From Callorhinchus milii (lineage: Eukaryota): 64,000 nt of DNA. A program made the position numbers and the translations under genes. The DNA is taken from NCBI RefSeq assembly GCF_018977255.1, contig NW_024704742.1, forward strand, positions 135,472,001-135,536,000. Reading direction: 5' to 3'. Positions 50,971 to 63,049 of this stretch are shown piece by piece; the first letter of the stretch is position 1, and each line of letters starts with the position of its first letter. A model generated the notes under the pieces. That model did not search any database. It worked only from the letters and a program-made list of their open reading frames with translations, and was not told the DNA's origin.

Positions 50971-51209
50971 AGTAATAATAATAATCCTTACATTTGATAC
51001 CGGGCCTTTCGCCTTGAGAGGACGTCTCATTGCGCTTCATAGGATTTTACTGTAAAGGGTATTTTGACTGTGTGTTTTGTGGGTGTGAATCCTGTCAAGT
51101 GCTTTGAGAACAGTAAACATGAGTGGTTTGATGATAAAGTGCTACATCAAGTGCAAGGATCAAGTACTATTATTACTACCGCACTGTCCATTGGACAGAT
51201 GACAATAAA

Positions 51210-51580
51210 TAATATAATAATCCCTGCATTTGATGTAGCGCCTTATTAAGTCTTTGTGACGTCTCAAAGCGCTTCACAGCACATACTGTAAAGTGTAGTG
51301 ACTGTGTATTTTGTGGGCGGAAATCCCATACTCATGGCCATAGCTCGGGGGGGGGGGGGGGGGGGAGGGAGTGGCTGCTGACTGACCGGATCAGTAAATA
51401 TTAGCGTATTGATCGATGTATCGGAAGGATGATGCTTCTGATAATGCAGTGTGCCCCCCCCCCAGTATTGTGCTGGAGCATTAGCGTAGACTGTGATCTC
51501 AAAGTTCCCGACGTGGGGCTTGAACCCTCAACCTACTGACTCAGAAGCGAGAGTGTTGCTGACTGAGCCAGACTCGACAG
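51210..51580 (-). mobile_element. Minus-strand SINE tail (51210-51320) and family B head (51420-51580)
   Basis: Reverse complement of the family tail and of ggctcagt...ctctcgcttctgagtcag...ggttcaagccccac. Confidence 0.75.
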
Positions 51581-51966
51581 ACAGACTTGACACCCATCGT
51601 CTTTTCACGTGATGCTCGTTCTCCATTCCTCTATCTTCACTCAGCCTCACGGGTCTTCTGAACGTCCCTCGTCCCCTCCTCTCTACAATTGGTAGCCGTG
51701 CTTTCAACCACTATGCCCCGAATCTCTCGATCTCCTTGTCTCACTCCCCCTTGCTCGGCCCATCACCAAATCACACCTGAAGACTTTTCCTCTTCGCCCG
51801 GGCCTTCGATCACCTCCTCTCCACCCTCGTTCCGGTTCAGCATCAAATCGAACGACTGTTAAGCTGCTCCGAGATGCTACACCACATGAAGGGTACTGTA
51901 TAAATACCAGATGATGTTGTTGTTATTGACACGGCCATTCATGCATGTGTTTTTCTTGTGTTGCAG

Positions 51967-52025
51967 GTAAATTGGAGAGAGGCTCATTCTCTTATGGGAG
52001 GGAAACAAACTTCCAGGGCTGTCAG
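51967..52025 (+). CDS. TCF4: Internal coding exon of TCF4-like gene; 59 nt, phase 1 to phase 0
   Basis: gtttttcttgtgttgcag|GTAAAT...TGTCAG|gtcagt. Encodes (G)[19 protein letters not shown] versus human TCF4 [22 protein letters not shown]; in frame with exon 1501-1600. Confidence 0.88.
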
Positions 52026-52557
52026 GTCAGTATATTTCATTCCACTTCTTCAAATCAATTACACACACACGTGCACACCACACACACACACACACACACA
52101 GACACACACACATGCATAGACATAGACTCACACACAGACAGACACACGCACAGACAGACAGACACACACACACACACACAAACACACGCACACAGACAGA
52201 AACACACGGACGGAAACACACAGTCAGACAGAGTGAAAACTTTTAGCAAATAAATGTTTGCCCCCTCCTCCCTCCCCCGCGTCACCGAATGATTGATGTA
52301 CGTTACTTTTGACCTTAACTGAAGGTGACGGTGTTAACACAGCATTCCTCATGGGATCGCGCTTCAAACAGCAGAATATTTTAATGCTATCTAATCTGAG
52401 GGCTGTGCGATATGGTGAGTGATTTGCATTTGAAGATTAGAGAGATGGAGTCTCGCTTGTCAGCCTTTGGAGGGCGGATTTTAACCTCGGCTACGTCAGT
52501 CGCGTTCTTTGACTGATCTCCCCGTTACCAGGAAGGTTCACGTAATTTACATTGTGG

Positions 52558-53120
52558 GTGTCAGCCTGGCTCGGGCTCTTTAACCCTCTCGCCTCGCGAG
52601 TCGGAAGGCTGTAAATTCAACCCTCGGGTCGGGAGCTTTGAACCTCGCACAAGTCAGGGCTGATATGTAGAAAGAGGAGGAGTTCAGTTGTCAGAGGTGG
52701 CGTCCTTCAAGATGAGAAGTTAAACTGAGGTCTTGTCTGCCTGTTCAGGTGGACTCTGCCACGACAGTAAAAATAACACTAAAACAATTATTTACTTATT
52801 CCGGTAAAATAAAATAAAGATCCTATGGCATTGCGAGATGCTACTCTGTGTGAAGGGCGCTGTATAAACGTACGTTGATGCTGTTGGTGTTGTTGTTGGC
52901 ACTATTCGAAAAGAGAAGGGGGTTTCTCTCTCGCTGTGTCCTGGCCAACAATCCCCCCAAATAACATTGGTCACTCACTCGCTCCACGGCTGTTCGTGGA
53001 ACGCTGCTGTGCGTAATTGGCTGCCGCGTTTCGCCCACAAATATATGGTCAATTCACTTTACAGTATATTCTGTAAAGCGTGAAAAGCGCTATATCAAAT
53101 GCAAGGATTATTATTATTAT
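52558..53120 (+). mobile_element. SINE family B (DeuSINE-like)
   Basis: Head, Deu core and tail, with an internal insertion. Confidence 0.8.
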
Positions 53121-54047
53121 TATTAAACTACGCCATCGTTAATTGCTCCGAGATGCTACTACTCCACGTGAAAGGCGCAGTACGAATGCAAGTTGTTGCT
53201 GAAACAGGTGTTATGGAATCTGCTTCGAAAAACACTTTCAGGCGTGCGATAAATTAGCCACAATGTTTTGGGAAATTCAGATGAGAGGGAAAAGGTTTCC
53301 TGAGGTGATATGCTTTGTGCACTTGATTCCACTTCAGGGAATAATTGATAAAGTAAAGCTTTTTTTTTTGTTGAGGAATCAAATGTAAGAAAAAAAACCA
53401 ATGATGACAATCATTTACATCAACATTTGATGCAGAGTCTTATCACCTCATCGAAAGCTCTCAAAGCGCTTTGGGAGGGTGGGGTGGGGGTTATGGCGAA
53501 GAGTAGTTACTCTGTATTTTGTCGGCTAAAAGCCCTGTGTGTTCATGCGGACGTTAAATTTGGTCACTTCAATCCACAAGTGTTTGTGGGACGCTGCTGT
53601 GCGCAATTGGCTGCCGCGTTTCGCCCACAAATGCACAGTCAGTTTACTTTAGAATATATTCTGTGAAGCACTTTGAGACGTCTCAACGACGTGATGGGGG
53701 GCCATTAAAAAATGGAGGGATTAGGGGATGTGGGGAGAGGCAGGTAATTAGAGTTAGGTCAGAAGATCAGCCCTGATCTTATCGAATGGCCTACTCCTGC
53801 TCCTAATTCTTATGTTCTTATATCAAATGCAAAGATGAGCATTATTATAGTATCCTGTGAAGTGCTTTGGGACGTTCCTCCTGACATGGCGAATATTATA
53901 TAGCCCTACAGCATCTCAGAAGGTCTAAGTCACTGAGACCACTGGGAGATTGGCTGAAAGTTATTTATTTTTAACAGAGCAAATTTACTTTACTTACGGA
54001 ACAGGTTTGAAGCAGGTTGCTTTCATTGAGCGAGAGGAGAGAGAAGA

Positions 54048-54079
<32 letters not shown>

Positions 54080-54524
54080 GAGAAAAAAAAGAGAGAGAGA
54101 GAGTAAAAGAGAGAGAAAACCTGGCATTTTAACAAGATACATCTGTGAAAACAATAAAAGAAAACTAGCAATAAAAAAAACAAGGCAAGGATGGATTTGT
54201 GCAGTGACCAGATGCTGGATAATATTTTTTTTTGCTGAAATGAAAATAAATCAGGCTGAAGTCTCAGAGCAAGACCGGAAGCCAGGTTTCCTGTTCGAGT
54301 TTTTGGTAATTTCTGCGCTCCAGCTCTGGCCGTCCCCTGTCATGTTGTTTACTGTGAGGCTGAGTTGCGGAATCCACAGCGTTTCTGAACGTGATATGAA
54401 GCACCTTCAGGTGTCAGCCTGGGCTGGTCAGAGGCACTCTCACCTCTGAGTGCAGGCTCCCACTCCCTCTGCTCTCTCTCTTCTTCACGCTCATTCTGTC
54501 TCTGAAATTCAGCCTCTCGCTCCG

Positions 54525-55475
54525 CGCTCTCGCTCACACGCTGTCTCACTCCCACTCACTCTGTCTGACACTCTCTGTCTCTCGCTCATACTCTCTCTCG
54601 CTCACACTCTATCTCTCACTCATACTCACTCTGTCTCTGACACTCACTCTTTCTCTCGCTCACACCCTCTTGCTCGCACTCACTCTATCTCTGACACTCA
54701 TGCCCTGTCTCTCGCTCAGACTCTCTCTCTCTCGCTCACACTCTATCTCTCACTCATACTCACTCTGTCTCTGACACTCACTCTTTCTCTCGCTCACACC
54801 CTCTTGCTCGCACTCACTCTATCTCTGACACTCACGCTCTGTCTCTCGCTCAGACTCTCTCTCTCGCTCACACTCTATCTCTCACTCATACTCACTCTGT
54901 CTCTGACACTCACTCTCTGTCTCTGTCTCGCGCTCACACTCTCTCGTGCTCACGCTGTCTCACTCCCACTCACTCTGTCTGACACTTTCTGTCTCTCGCT
55001 CATACTCTCTCTCGCTCACACTCTATCTCTCACTCATACTCACTCTGTCTCTGACACTCACTCTTTCTCTCGCTCACACCCTCTTGCTCGCACTCACTCT
55101 ATCTCTGACACTCATTCTCTGTCTCTCGCTCACATTCTCTCTCGCTCACACACTCTCTCTCTCGCTCATACTCACTCTGTCTCTGAAACTCACTCTGTCT
55201 CGCGCTCACACTCTCTCTCTCGCTCACGCTGTCTCACTCCCATTCACTCTGACACTCACTCTCTGTCTCGCGCTCACACTCTCTCGTGCTCACGCTGTCT
55301 CACTCCCACTCACTCTGTCTGACACTCGCTCTCTCGCTCACACTCACTCTCTGACACTCATTCTCTCGCTCACACTCACTCTCTCAATCCCACTCACTCT
55401 CACTCTTCTCTCTGTCTCTCGCTCACACTCTCTCTCCCTCTGTGTGTCTCGCTCACACTCTCTCTCTTTCTCTCT
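54525..55475. repeat. CT/CA-rich tandem array with higher-order duplications
   Basis: Units such as ctcgctcacactctatctctcactcatactcactctgtctctgacactca recur; block ~54537-54720 is repeated at ~54950-55130. Confidence 0.9.
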
Positions 55476-55989
55476 CCCTTGCTGGGGCAGGCTGGGTGGG
55501 GGGACATGAAGGGGGCCGGTGCCTGCTGCGGGGAAGGGGAGGGAGCGGGCGGTTTGCTGAAGGTTTTAGAAGGCCACAGTGGTAAGATGTGGGCGCGGTC
55601 ACTACACTTCACAGCAAATGCTGCAAAGCGCTTCGAGACATCTTGATGCCGCAGTGAGACTCTGTATTGAATACAAGGATTATCACTGCAGCAAAATTCC
55701 TTGGCGACTGTCCCCTCTTTTGTCCGGGAACTCTTCTCTCCACAGTCTGTCCGCACTGCATGACGGGCAGCGCAGAGCTGAAACTCGACCCTCAGCTCAG
55801 AGTGGCTCACAGCGGGACGGGGAAAGACTTGGGAACGCCAGGCGACCGAGAGGTTGGGTTGGTGACCCTACGTCCTGAGCTGCCCCCCCACTCCCCGTCC
55901 TCACCACTCCCTCCTCTCTCCCCACCCCACCCCACCCCCGCACCCCCACTCCCCCAGCCCACCTAGTTTACAGGTTGCATAAACGTGGA

Positions 55990-56410
55990 CTGTATTCCCT
56001 TGGGTTTGGAAGGTTGAGGGATGATTTAATTGAAGCCAGCGCTTAAAATGGTAAAGGGATTTGAGAGGGGAGGGAGGCTACAGAGAAACTATTTCCTCCG
56101 GTGGGGAGAATCCAGAACAAGGTGTGGTGGGGAGGGGAGGGGGCGCTATAAAAATTAGAGCTTGGCCATTTAGGAGTGAAATCAGGAGGAAGTTATTCAC
56201 CCAAAGGGTAGTGAAGATCTGGAACTCTCTCTCCCCCAAAAGGCTGTGGATGCTGAGATCCATCCACACCTTCAAGCCTGAGGTGGGCAAACATTTGTTT
56301 GGTCAGGGTATCAAGGGATACGGGGCAAAGGTGGGCAATTGGAGTTGAGGTACGATCAAATAGAGCAGTGGAACAGGCTCGAGTGATCCACTCCTCTTCC
56401 TATGCTCCTC
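55990..56410 (+). mobile_element. CR1 LINE 3' end
   Basis: KIRAWPFRSEIRRKLFTQRVVKIWNSL...FKPEVGKHL. Confidence 0.85.
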
Positions 56411-56702
56411 TCTCTGACCTGACTTCCCCTCCACCCCCACCCACGGTCCGCCAAGTAAAGAACCTCTTGAGTTCCTGAAGCAGTTTGTTCCTCGCGTATC
56501 CTGCTACTCGAGGTCAAGGCAAAGGGTGGCTGGGTTTGGGGAGCAGATTGCTGCCTGTATCCTGTGTGCTGCAGGTGCTGGGCTCCCAACAGGCTGGTGT
56601 CCAGCCAACGGGTGACAGAGGAGGATGTAGTAACAAGTCCCTCTTGCCTTGTGCCGGCCAGGCTCCAAACTGCAGGCAGTTTTTTTTGTAGCGTTTTCGG
56701 AG

Positions 56703-57015
56703 AGTGAGCGAGAGGGAGAGAAGGGGGGAGAGAGAGGACGAGAGAGAGAGAGAGCGACAGAGAGGGGGGGAGAGAGAGAGAGAGGAAGAGAGACAGACAG
56801 ACAGAAGAGAGGGAGTGAGAGAGAGACAGACGGAGAGGGAGAGAGAGGCAGACAGAGAGGGAGAGAGAAAGAGACAGAGTGGGAGAGAGAGAGACACAGA
56901 GAGGGAGTGAGAGAGAGAGAGACAGACGGAGAGGGAGAGAGAGACAGACAGAGAGGGAGAGAGAGAGAGAGAGACAGAGTGGGAGAGAGAGAGAGACACA
57001 GAGAGGGAGTGACAG
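56703..57015. repeat. GA-rich simple repeat with internal duplication
   Basis: (GA)n and gaca mosaic. Confidence 0.9.
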
Positions 57016-57209
57016 AGTGTGAGGGTTTTCAGAAGTGATATAAAAGCTGATGAGGTTCTTTTTTCTATACGTTTACTGTATCCGCTCGCTCACTCTGAGG
57101 TTTTGCGTGTTTGGTTTTCAGTGATTGGGGGTGTTTATGGCAGTGGTTTTAACGTCTTGCGTTTGTGCTTCCTTTTCCGAAAATTACTTTACAACTTTTC
57201 GTATATATG

Positions 57210-57576
57210 ATAATAATAATCATCCTTCCTTGCATTTGATGTAACGCCTTATCGCTTTGTCGAGACGTCTCAAAGAGCTTCACAGAATATACTGTAAAGT
57301 GAATTGACTGTATATTTTGTGGGTGAAACACGGTAGCCAATTGCGCACAGCAGCGTCCTACAAACAGTCGTGGACTGAGCGACCAATTTTTTTGGAGGGA
57401 TTATTATCCCCGGCAAGCGATCTGCCAATCGACCAACAACTAACTTACCTACTTACTGCTCGATAAACAGAGACGTGCGGAGTAAGGAAACTGCCTAAGG
57501 TTTTATCCTGCCTGAGAATTGATCCCGGCTCCTCTCGCTTGCGAGGCGAGCTCTCTAACCACTGCTCTACGGGACT
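57210..57576 (-). mobile_element. SINE family A
   Basis: Full-length reverse copy. Confidence 0.88.
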
Positions 57577-58270
57577 CAATAATATAAATCGTAACCGGAA
57601 AATACAGTCACACTTTACAGTACACACATACATACTTTATAGTGTATTCTGTGCTGCGCTTTGAGATGTCTCAATGACGTGACAAGGCACTATATCAAAT
57701 GCAAGGATTATTATGATTATATATATATATTTTCCGAGAGCGAAGGTCTCTTTCCCTGCACCGTGCCCTGCAGTGGCTGAGACGTTAATTTGAGGTGTCC
57801 GGAATTGTTTGACCCTCCCAATCCCACCACCACCTCAGCCTCGCCTGCTTCCCTGCCAAAAGGAGTGGGCAGGCGGGCGGTGGGGGGGGGGGGGTGATGG
57901 GTGGGGGTGAGAGGGAGCACCTGGCCCACACCTGGTGTCTTCACTCTCACTGGGGGGTGGTGTGGGGCGGGCAGAGGTCAGGCGAGCTACAATGATGGGA
58001 AAACAGTGGGCGTCGATCTGTGCACAACCAATCTTTGGCACAGTTAGTGGCTCAATGACCTCCAGCTCAGAAAGTGGTGGGTAATAATCCCCCTCCCCCC
58101 AAACCCCCCACCACCCCCCCACCCCACCACCTCCGCCACCTTCACGCTTTTTGAGTTCATAGTCCAGGCTGACTAGCGTTCCAGTGTGGTGCCAGAAGGA
58201 GTGGGTGGCACACGCAGTCCTATTCTGTACATCTGTTTTACCTTAAAGTTTAAGATTGGCGTAGTCTAAG

Positions 58271-58568
58271 AGAGCCGTAGCGTAGAGGTTAGAGCTCTCA
58301 CATCACAGGCGAGAGGACCCGGGTTCGATTCCCCGGCAGGGCGAAACCCCGGGCAAGTTTCCTTACTCCACGCCTGATAAAAATCCCTCAAGAAAAAAAA
58401 AACAATAATAAATTGGCCACTTCAATCCACGACTGTTTGCGGGACGCTGCTGTGCGCAACTGGCTGCCGCGTTTTTCGGCCACAAAATAAACTGAATCTA
58501 CTTTACAGTATGTCCCGTGAAGCGCTTTGAGACATCTCAACGACATGATAAGGCGCTGTATCAAATGA
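58271..58568 (+). mobile_element. SINE family A with an internal deletion
   Basis: B-box ggttcgattcc; family 3' part. Confidence 0.85.
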
Positions 58569-60516
58569 AATATACACATTTTTGGTTGTTATATATCGCA
58601 CAGAATTGTCAGCCGACACATTCAAAAGGCGCAGGCTATATTGTCAGTGCCGCCACCATTTTAGTTGAGACTTTAATCCGAGGTCCAATCTGCCTGTTGG
58701 GACGGACATTAAAGATCCCATGTTGCTCATCGAAAAGAGAAGAGTTTTTCTCTCTCGCTCTCTCTCTCTCTCTCTCGCTCTGTCCTGGCCGACAACCTCC
58801 CCAAATTAAAATGGGATGTTGCTGTGTGCAAATTGGCCGCCGAGTTTCACTGCAAAAATTCACTGCACTTTTACAGTGAATCCTGTGAAGGGGTTTGAGA
58901 CGTCCCTCCCAACTTGTTAAGGGAGCATTCTTTCAAATGCAAGCGCTATTATTATAAGTTGGAGGGTTTTGGCGGTAAAGAAAAATCAAAGTTCCATCCT
59001 TTCCTGTTCCCTCGTGGAATCCGAAACATTGAGAGCACAACTGAAACAAGTGAGTTTAGTAATCAATTTATTGGTGTGAATTATTTCCTCTGGCAGTTAG
59101 CGGTGTGGAAGTGGGTGGGTGGGTGGTGATGTGTTTTCGCAAACACGTTAAGAAATTTGCTCTATGGAATTGCAGTAACCAGTGATAATTACGTTGCCTG
59201 TATGTACAGTCAATTCACTTTACAGTATATCCTGTGAAGCGCTTTGAGATGTCTCAACGATGTGATAAGGCGCTATATCAAATGCAAGGATTATTTATTA
59301 AATTGACTCACCAACCAGTGAAAATAATTGCACCTTATTGACTCTACCAAAGGCCCTCATCATTTTAAAAGTCTCGATCAGGTCACACATCAATCTTCTT
59401 TGTACCAGCGAAACAAAATCATCCCGGTAAACCTCCCCAGCACTCACTCTATCGCCTTAATGTCTTTTCTAAAGTGGGGTGACTTTTTTTGGAGTGGGGG
59501 TGGGGGGGGGGGGGTCATCCCCACCTACACATGGAAATCCCAGCGGTGTAAGTGGGATGCATGGAATAAAGTGGGGGTGGTACCCACGCAGGAACACCAT
59601 AATCTAGCTGTTGTTTTACTGGGAATGTTCCCGGAGGGTCTTTGCGGAGTTGGTTTGGTTGGGGGGAGAAGGGGAGGGAGTGGGGTTGGGGGTGTGCGGG
59701 TGATATGTGGGAGACGAGGGTTGGGATGTATGTAAGGGAGGGGTGTGAGGAATAATTGTTTGCTTCACACGGGCACGTTTTTGCTGGCGGTCGCGGGGAG
59801 AGAGAGAGAGAGAGTATTTCGGGCACAGCTGCCAGACAGACTAGTGCATTGGAAGTGGAACAAGATTTATCTTTCTTAAGTGAAGGTAAATTAGTGTAAA
59901 TGCTCCAACAGGGAAGCTCCTGGCTGTAGAAAGAGCTGGCAATGTACCTCAGACAAACCGTGGATTCAGGGCTGTTGCCAACCTTCCTTACAGCCTCTTT
60001 ATTTCCACCCCCATTCACTAGTTTTCTCATTCCCTGTCCACTCGAGGAAATACCTTCCCTTTTTTTTTCTCTCCTCTTCCCCCACTCCTCGCCTCTGCCC
60101 CTCTCTTTGCCTACTCTTCTTACATCCCACCTTGTTCCCCCCTCCTCCCTCCTCTCCTCTCCTCTCCTCTCCCCCTCCTTCCTCTCACCCCTCCTCTGCC
60201 CACTCCTCCTCTTCGTACTCCACCTCCCCTCCCTCTACCCCCTTCTCTCCTCACCCCCTCCTCTCCTCTCCTCTCCGCCCTCCGTCTCCCCCCTCCTCTC
60301 CTTTACCATTGTTGTTTTCGTCTGTCTGGCCCGATTGGCTGTTCTTGGGGTATGGGGGCAGTCTGGCCGGGGGTGGGGGGGTGTTGGAGGGGCGGTGGGG
60401 GTTTGGTGGAGAGTGGGGTGCACAGGAGCAGGGAGAGAAGGGGAGGAAATGATGCCTCATAACTAGTCCCATCTTCCCATGGCTCCTTCCTGCAAGTAAT
60501 AGAGAGAGGACAAGAA

Positions 60517-60865
60517 TGTCAGTGCGTCAGTGGTAGTGTTCTCGTCTCTGAGTCAGACTCAAGCCCCACGTCGGGAACTTTGAACTCACTAATCCAGGTT
60601 GATACTCCAATGCAGCGCTGGGGGTGTGCTGCATTGACGGAGTCCTTTGGAGGTGATGTTAAACTGAGGTCCCATCTGCCTTTCAAAGATCCCATGGTTA
60701 TTCGAAAAGAGAAGGGAGCGTCTCTCTCCCAGTATCCTGGCCAACAGTTACCCAAATAAAACTGATCACTCACTTCATGGCTGTTTGTGGGGGACACAGT
60801 CACTGCAGTTTGCAGCATATCCCGTGAAGCACTTTACGAGTTCCTTCTGACGTAAAAGATGCTAT
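60517..60865 (+). mobile_element. SINE family B (DeuSINE-like)
   Basis: Head, core and tail. Confidence 0.8.
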
Positions 60866-61215
60866 ACCAAACGCAGACAGAATGCATTTGTGTGTGGCGG
60901 GGCAGGTGGATTCACAAGTGTATGGGTGTATGGGGAATAGTGTGTGTGTGTGTGTTTCGAAGGGGGGATACATGTGAGTGAATGGGAAATGCGGGGGATA
61001 TGTATGTGTATGAGGCTGAATGTACTTGTGTGTGTGTGTGTGCGCGCATGTGGGGTGGGAGTTGTACTGAGGCTAAATGTGGTCACCCGTCAGGTATAAG
61101 CAGTCTGGGCAGGAATACCTGCGTTTTGAATGGGAAAAGGGCTGAAAAATAAACCATAAGAATAACTTTTTTATTTTCGCTTTTATTTCATTGAATTATT
61201 ATTGTTGTTTTGCAG

Positions 61216-61254
61216 CTCCATTTTACCATGATGAGAAGAGAGGCTCGAGGGAAG
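61216..61254 (+). CDS. Candidate 39-nt frame-preserving microexon (LHFTMMRREARGK)
   Basis: T-rich tract ...ttgttgttttgcag|CTCCAT...GGGAAG|gtaagt with a perfect donor. Open in phase 0, matching the phase-0 end of exon 51967-52025; not part of an evident repeat. Confidence 0.45.
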
Positions 61255-61524
61255 GTAAGTGTAGCACTGACAGCCCTCGTGCCTTGTCTCTTACACCACC
61301 ACCCCCCACCCTCCTCCACCATAGTCCTCACTCTTCCCTTCATCCTCGTGTTTCACATGCGTCTCTGTGTGTGTCTTCCCCAGTATGTGACTCCCAATGT
61401 GTGTGTGTATCTCCTTCCCCCAATATGTCTGTTGTGTGTGTCTTCCCCAGTGTGTGACTCCCAATGTGTGTGTATCTCCTTCCCCCAATGTGTCTGTGTG
61501 TGTGTGTGTGTGTGTGCGCCTCCC

Positions 61525-61735
61525 TCAAGCCTTGGCTCTTGCCAACCTGCGCCTAATACTTTCCAGAATTAGGTAAGCAGGATGTGTCCCTCCAGGGAGA
61601 GAGAGTCAATTCCAACCATCTATCTCTGGGATTTCCATGTGTACGTGGGACGCATGGAATTCTCAGCTTTGGTTTGGAGACTCTTAAGCAACGGTGATGG
61701 GTTTCCGCGTGTGTCAAGACACCCGGCTGACCCAA
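61525..61735 (+). repeat. Family X repeat, 5'-truncated
   Basis: caagccttggctcttgccaacctgcgcctaatac...gacacccggctgaccc. Confidence 0.85.
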
Positions 61736-62432
61736 TTTTTGTTTTACAAAATCATTTACCCATAATAATAATAAACCAGATATTATCGTAAGAGGTGGCT
61801 ATCCCAAGTAATTAGAACGTAAGAAATAAGGAAAGAGAGAACATCAGGAAATATCTTGATCTGCAAATTGAATGCGGACGCAAGTAGCAGCAAAAAATAA
61901 GTATAGTTTTCTGATTATCGGCGGAACTGGGACTGTTAATAAGACCATTCAGAAAAGGTTTGACAAGATACCTGGTGAACAAAATATCAATCAATCTCCT
62001 GCAAACAATAGCTACAGTATTTTAGGAAGTTCAAACATACTCAGAAAATTAACATCGGTTCATATGTAACGTGTCAGTGTCATTGGTCTGACTGACACAT
62101 CACTGAAAACCATTTAGAAACTTCCTCTACAGAATGATTTAATGTGTAACAACATAATAATAACAATCCTTGCGTTTGATGTCACGTTGTCGACACGTCT
62201 CAAAGCCTTTCACAGGATATACTGGAAAGTGGAGTGACTGTGTATTTTGTGGGCGAAACATTCATTGCAGCAGCCAGAGACCAGGACAGTGAGGGTACCT
62301 GGGAGCCATGCCCTTGAGCAGTGTATAATGTGGGGAGCTTGGCACACAGTAAGGAACTCCCCGTGGGTCAGTATTGTCAGCGTTGGGTGCTCAGTCAGCC
62401 ACGTAGGTACATTGTTCCCGAGGCAGAGTCTC

Positions 62433-62760
62433 CCCTGGCTCAGTCGATAGCGTTCTCGCCTCTGAGTCAGAAGGTTGTGGGTTCGTCGGGTCTTTGAGCT
62501 CACAGTCTAGGCTGACACTCCAGTGCAGTGTTGGAGGAGGCGTTGAAGTGTGGGAGGTACCATCCTTTCGGAAGAGATGTTATACTGAGATCCCGATGCC
62601 TGTTCAGGTGGATGTAAAAAATCGTGTAGCGCTATTCGAAAAGAGAAGGGAGTTTCTCTCTCCCGGTGTCCTGGCCAACAATCCCCCAAATAAAATTGGT
62701 CCCTCACTTCATGGCTGTTTGTGAGATGTTCCTGTGCAAAAATTGGCTGTCGTGTTTAGC
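62433..62760 (+). mobile_element. SINE family B (DeuSINE-like)
   Basis: Head and Deu core. Confidence 0.85.
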
Positions 62761-62782
62761 CATGGTCATGGCACTCTACAGT

Positions 62783-63035
62783 AAGTCCTGCAGCTCAATG
62801 GTTAGAGCACTCAGCTCGCGAGCGAGAGACTTGGGTTCGTTTCTCCACAGGGCGAAATGTAGGGCAAGTTTCCTTACTCCGCACACCTCTGTTTACCCAG
62901 CATTAAGTAGGAACCCGGTTGTTAGTCGATGGGTGGATTGCTTTTCCAAAGGGTAATAATTCCTTCAAAACAAAATAATAATAATAAATTGGTCACTTAA
63001 ATCCACGACTGTTTATGGGACAATACTGTGCGCCA
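62783..63035 (+). mobile_element. SINE family A, 3'-truncated
   Basis: Head and body match family A. Confidence 0.82.
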
Positions 63036-63049
63036 ACTACATTTGTGCT

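Noticed and set aside
54450..55322. 290-aa ORF, the longest in the track
   Set aside because: Translation of a CT/CA tandem array; low complexity.
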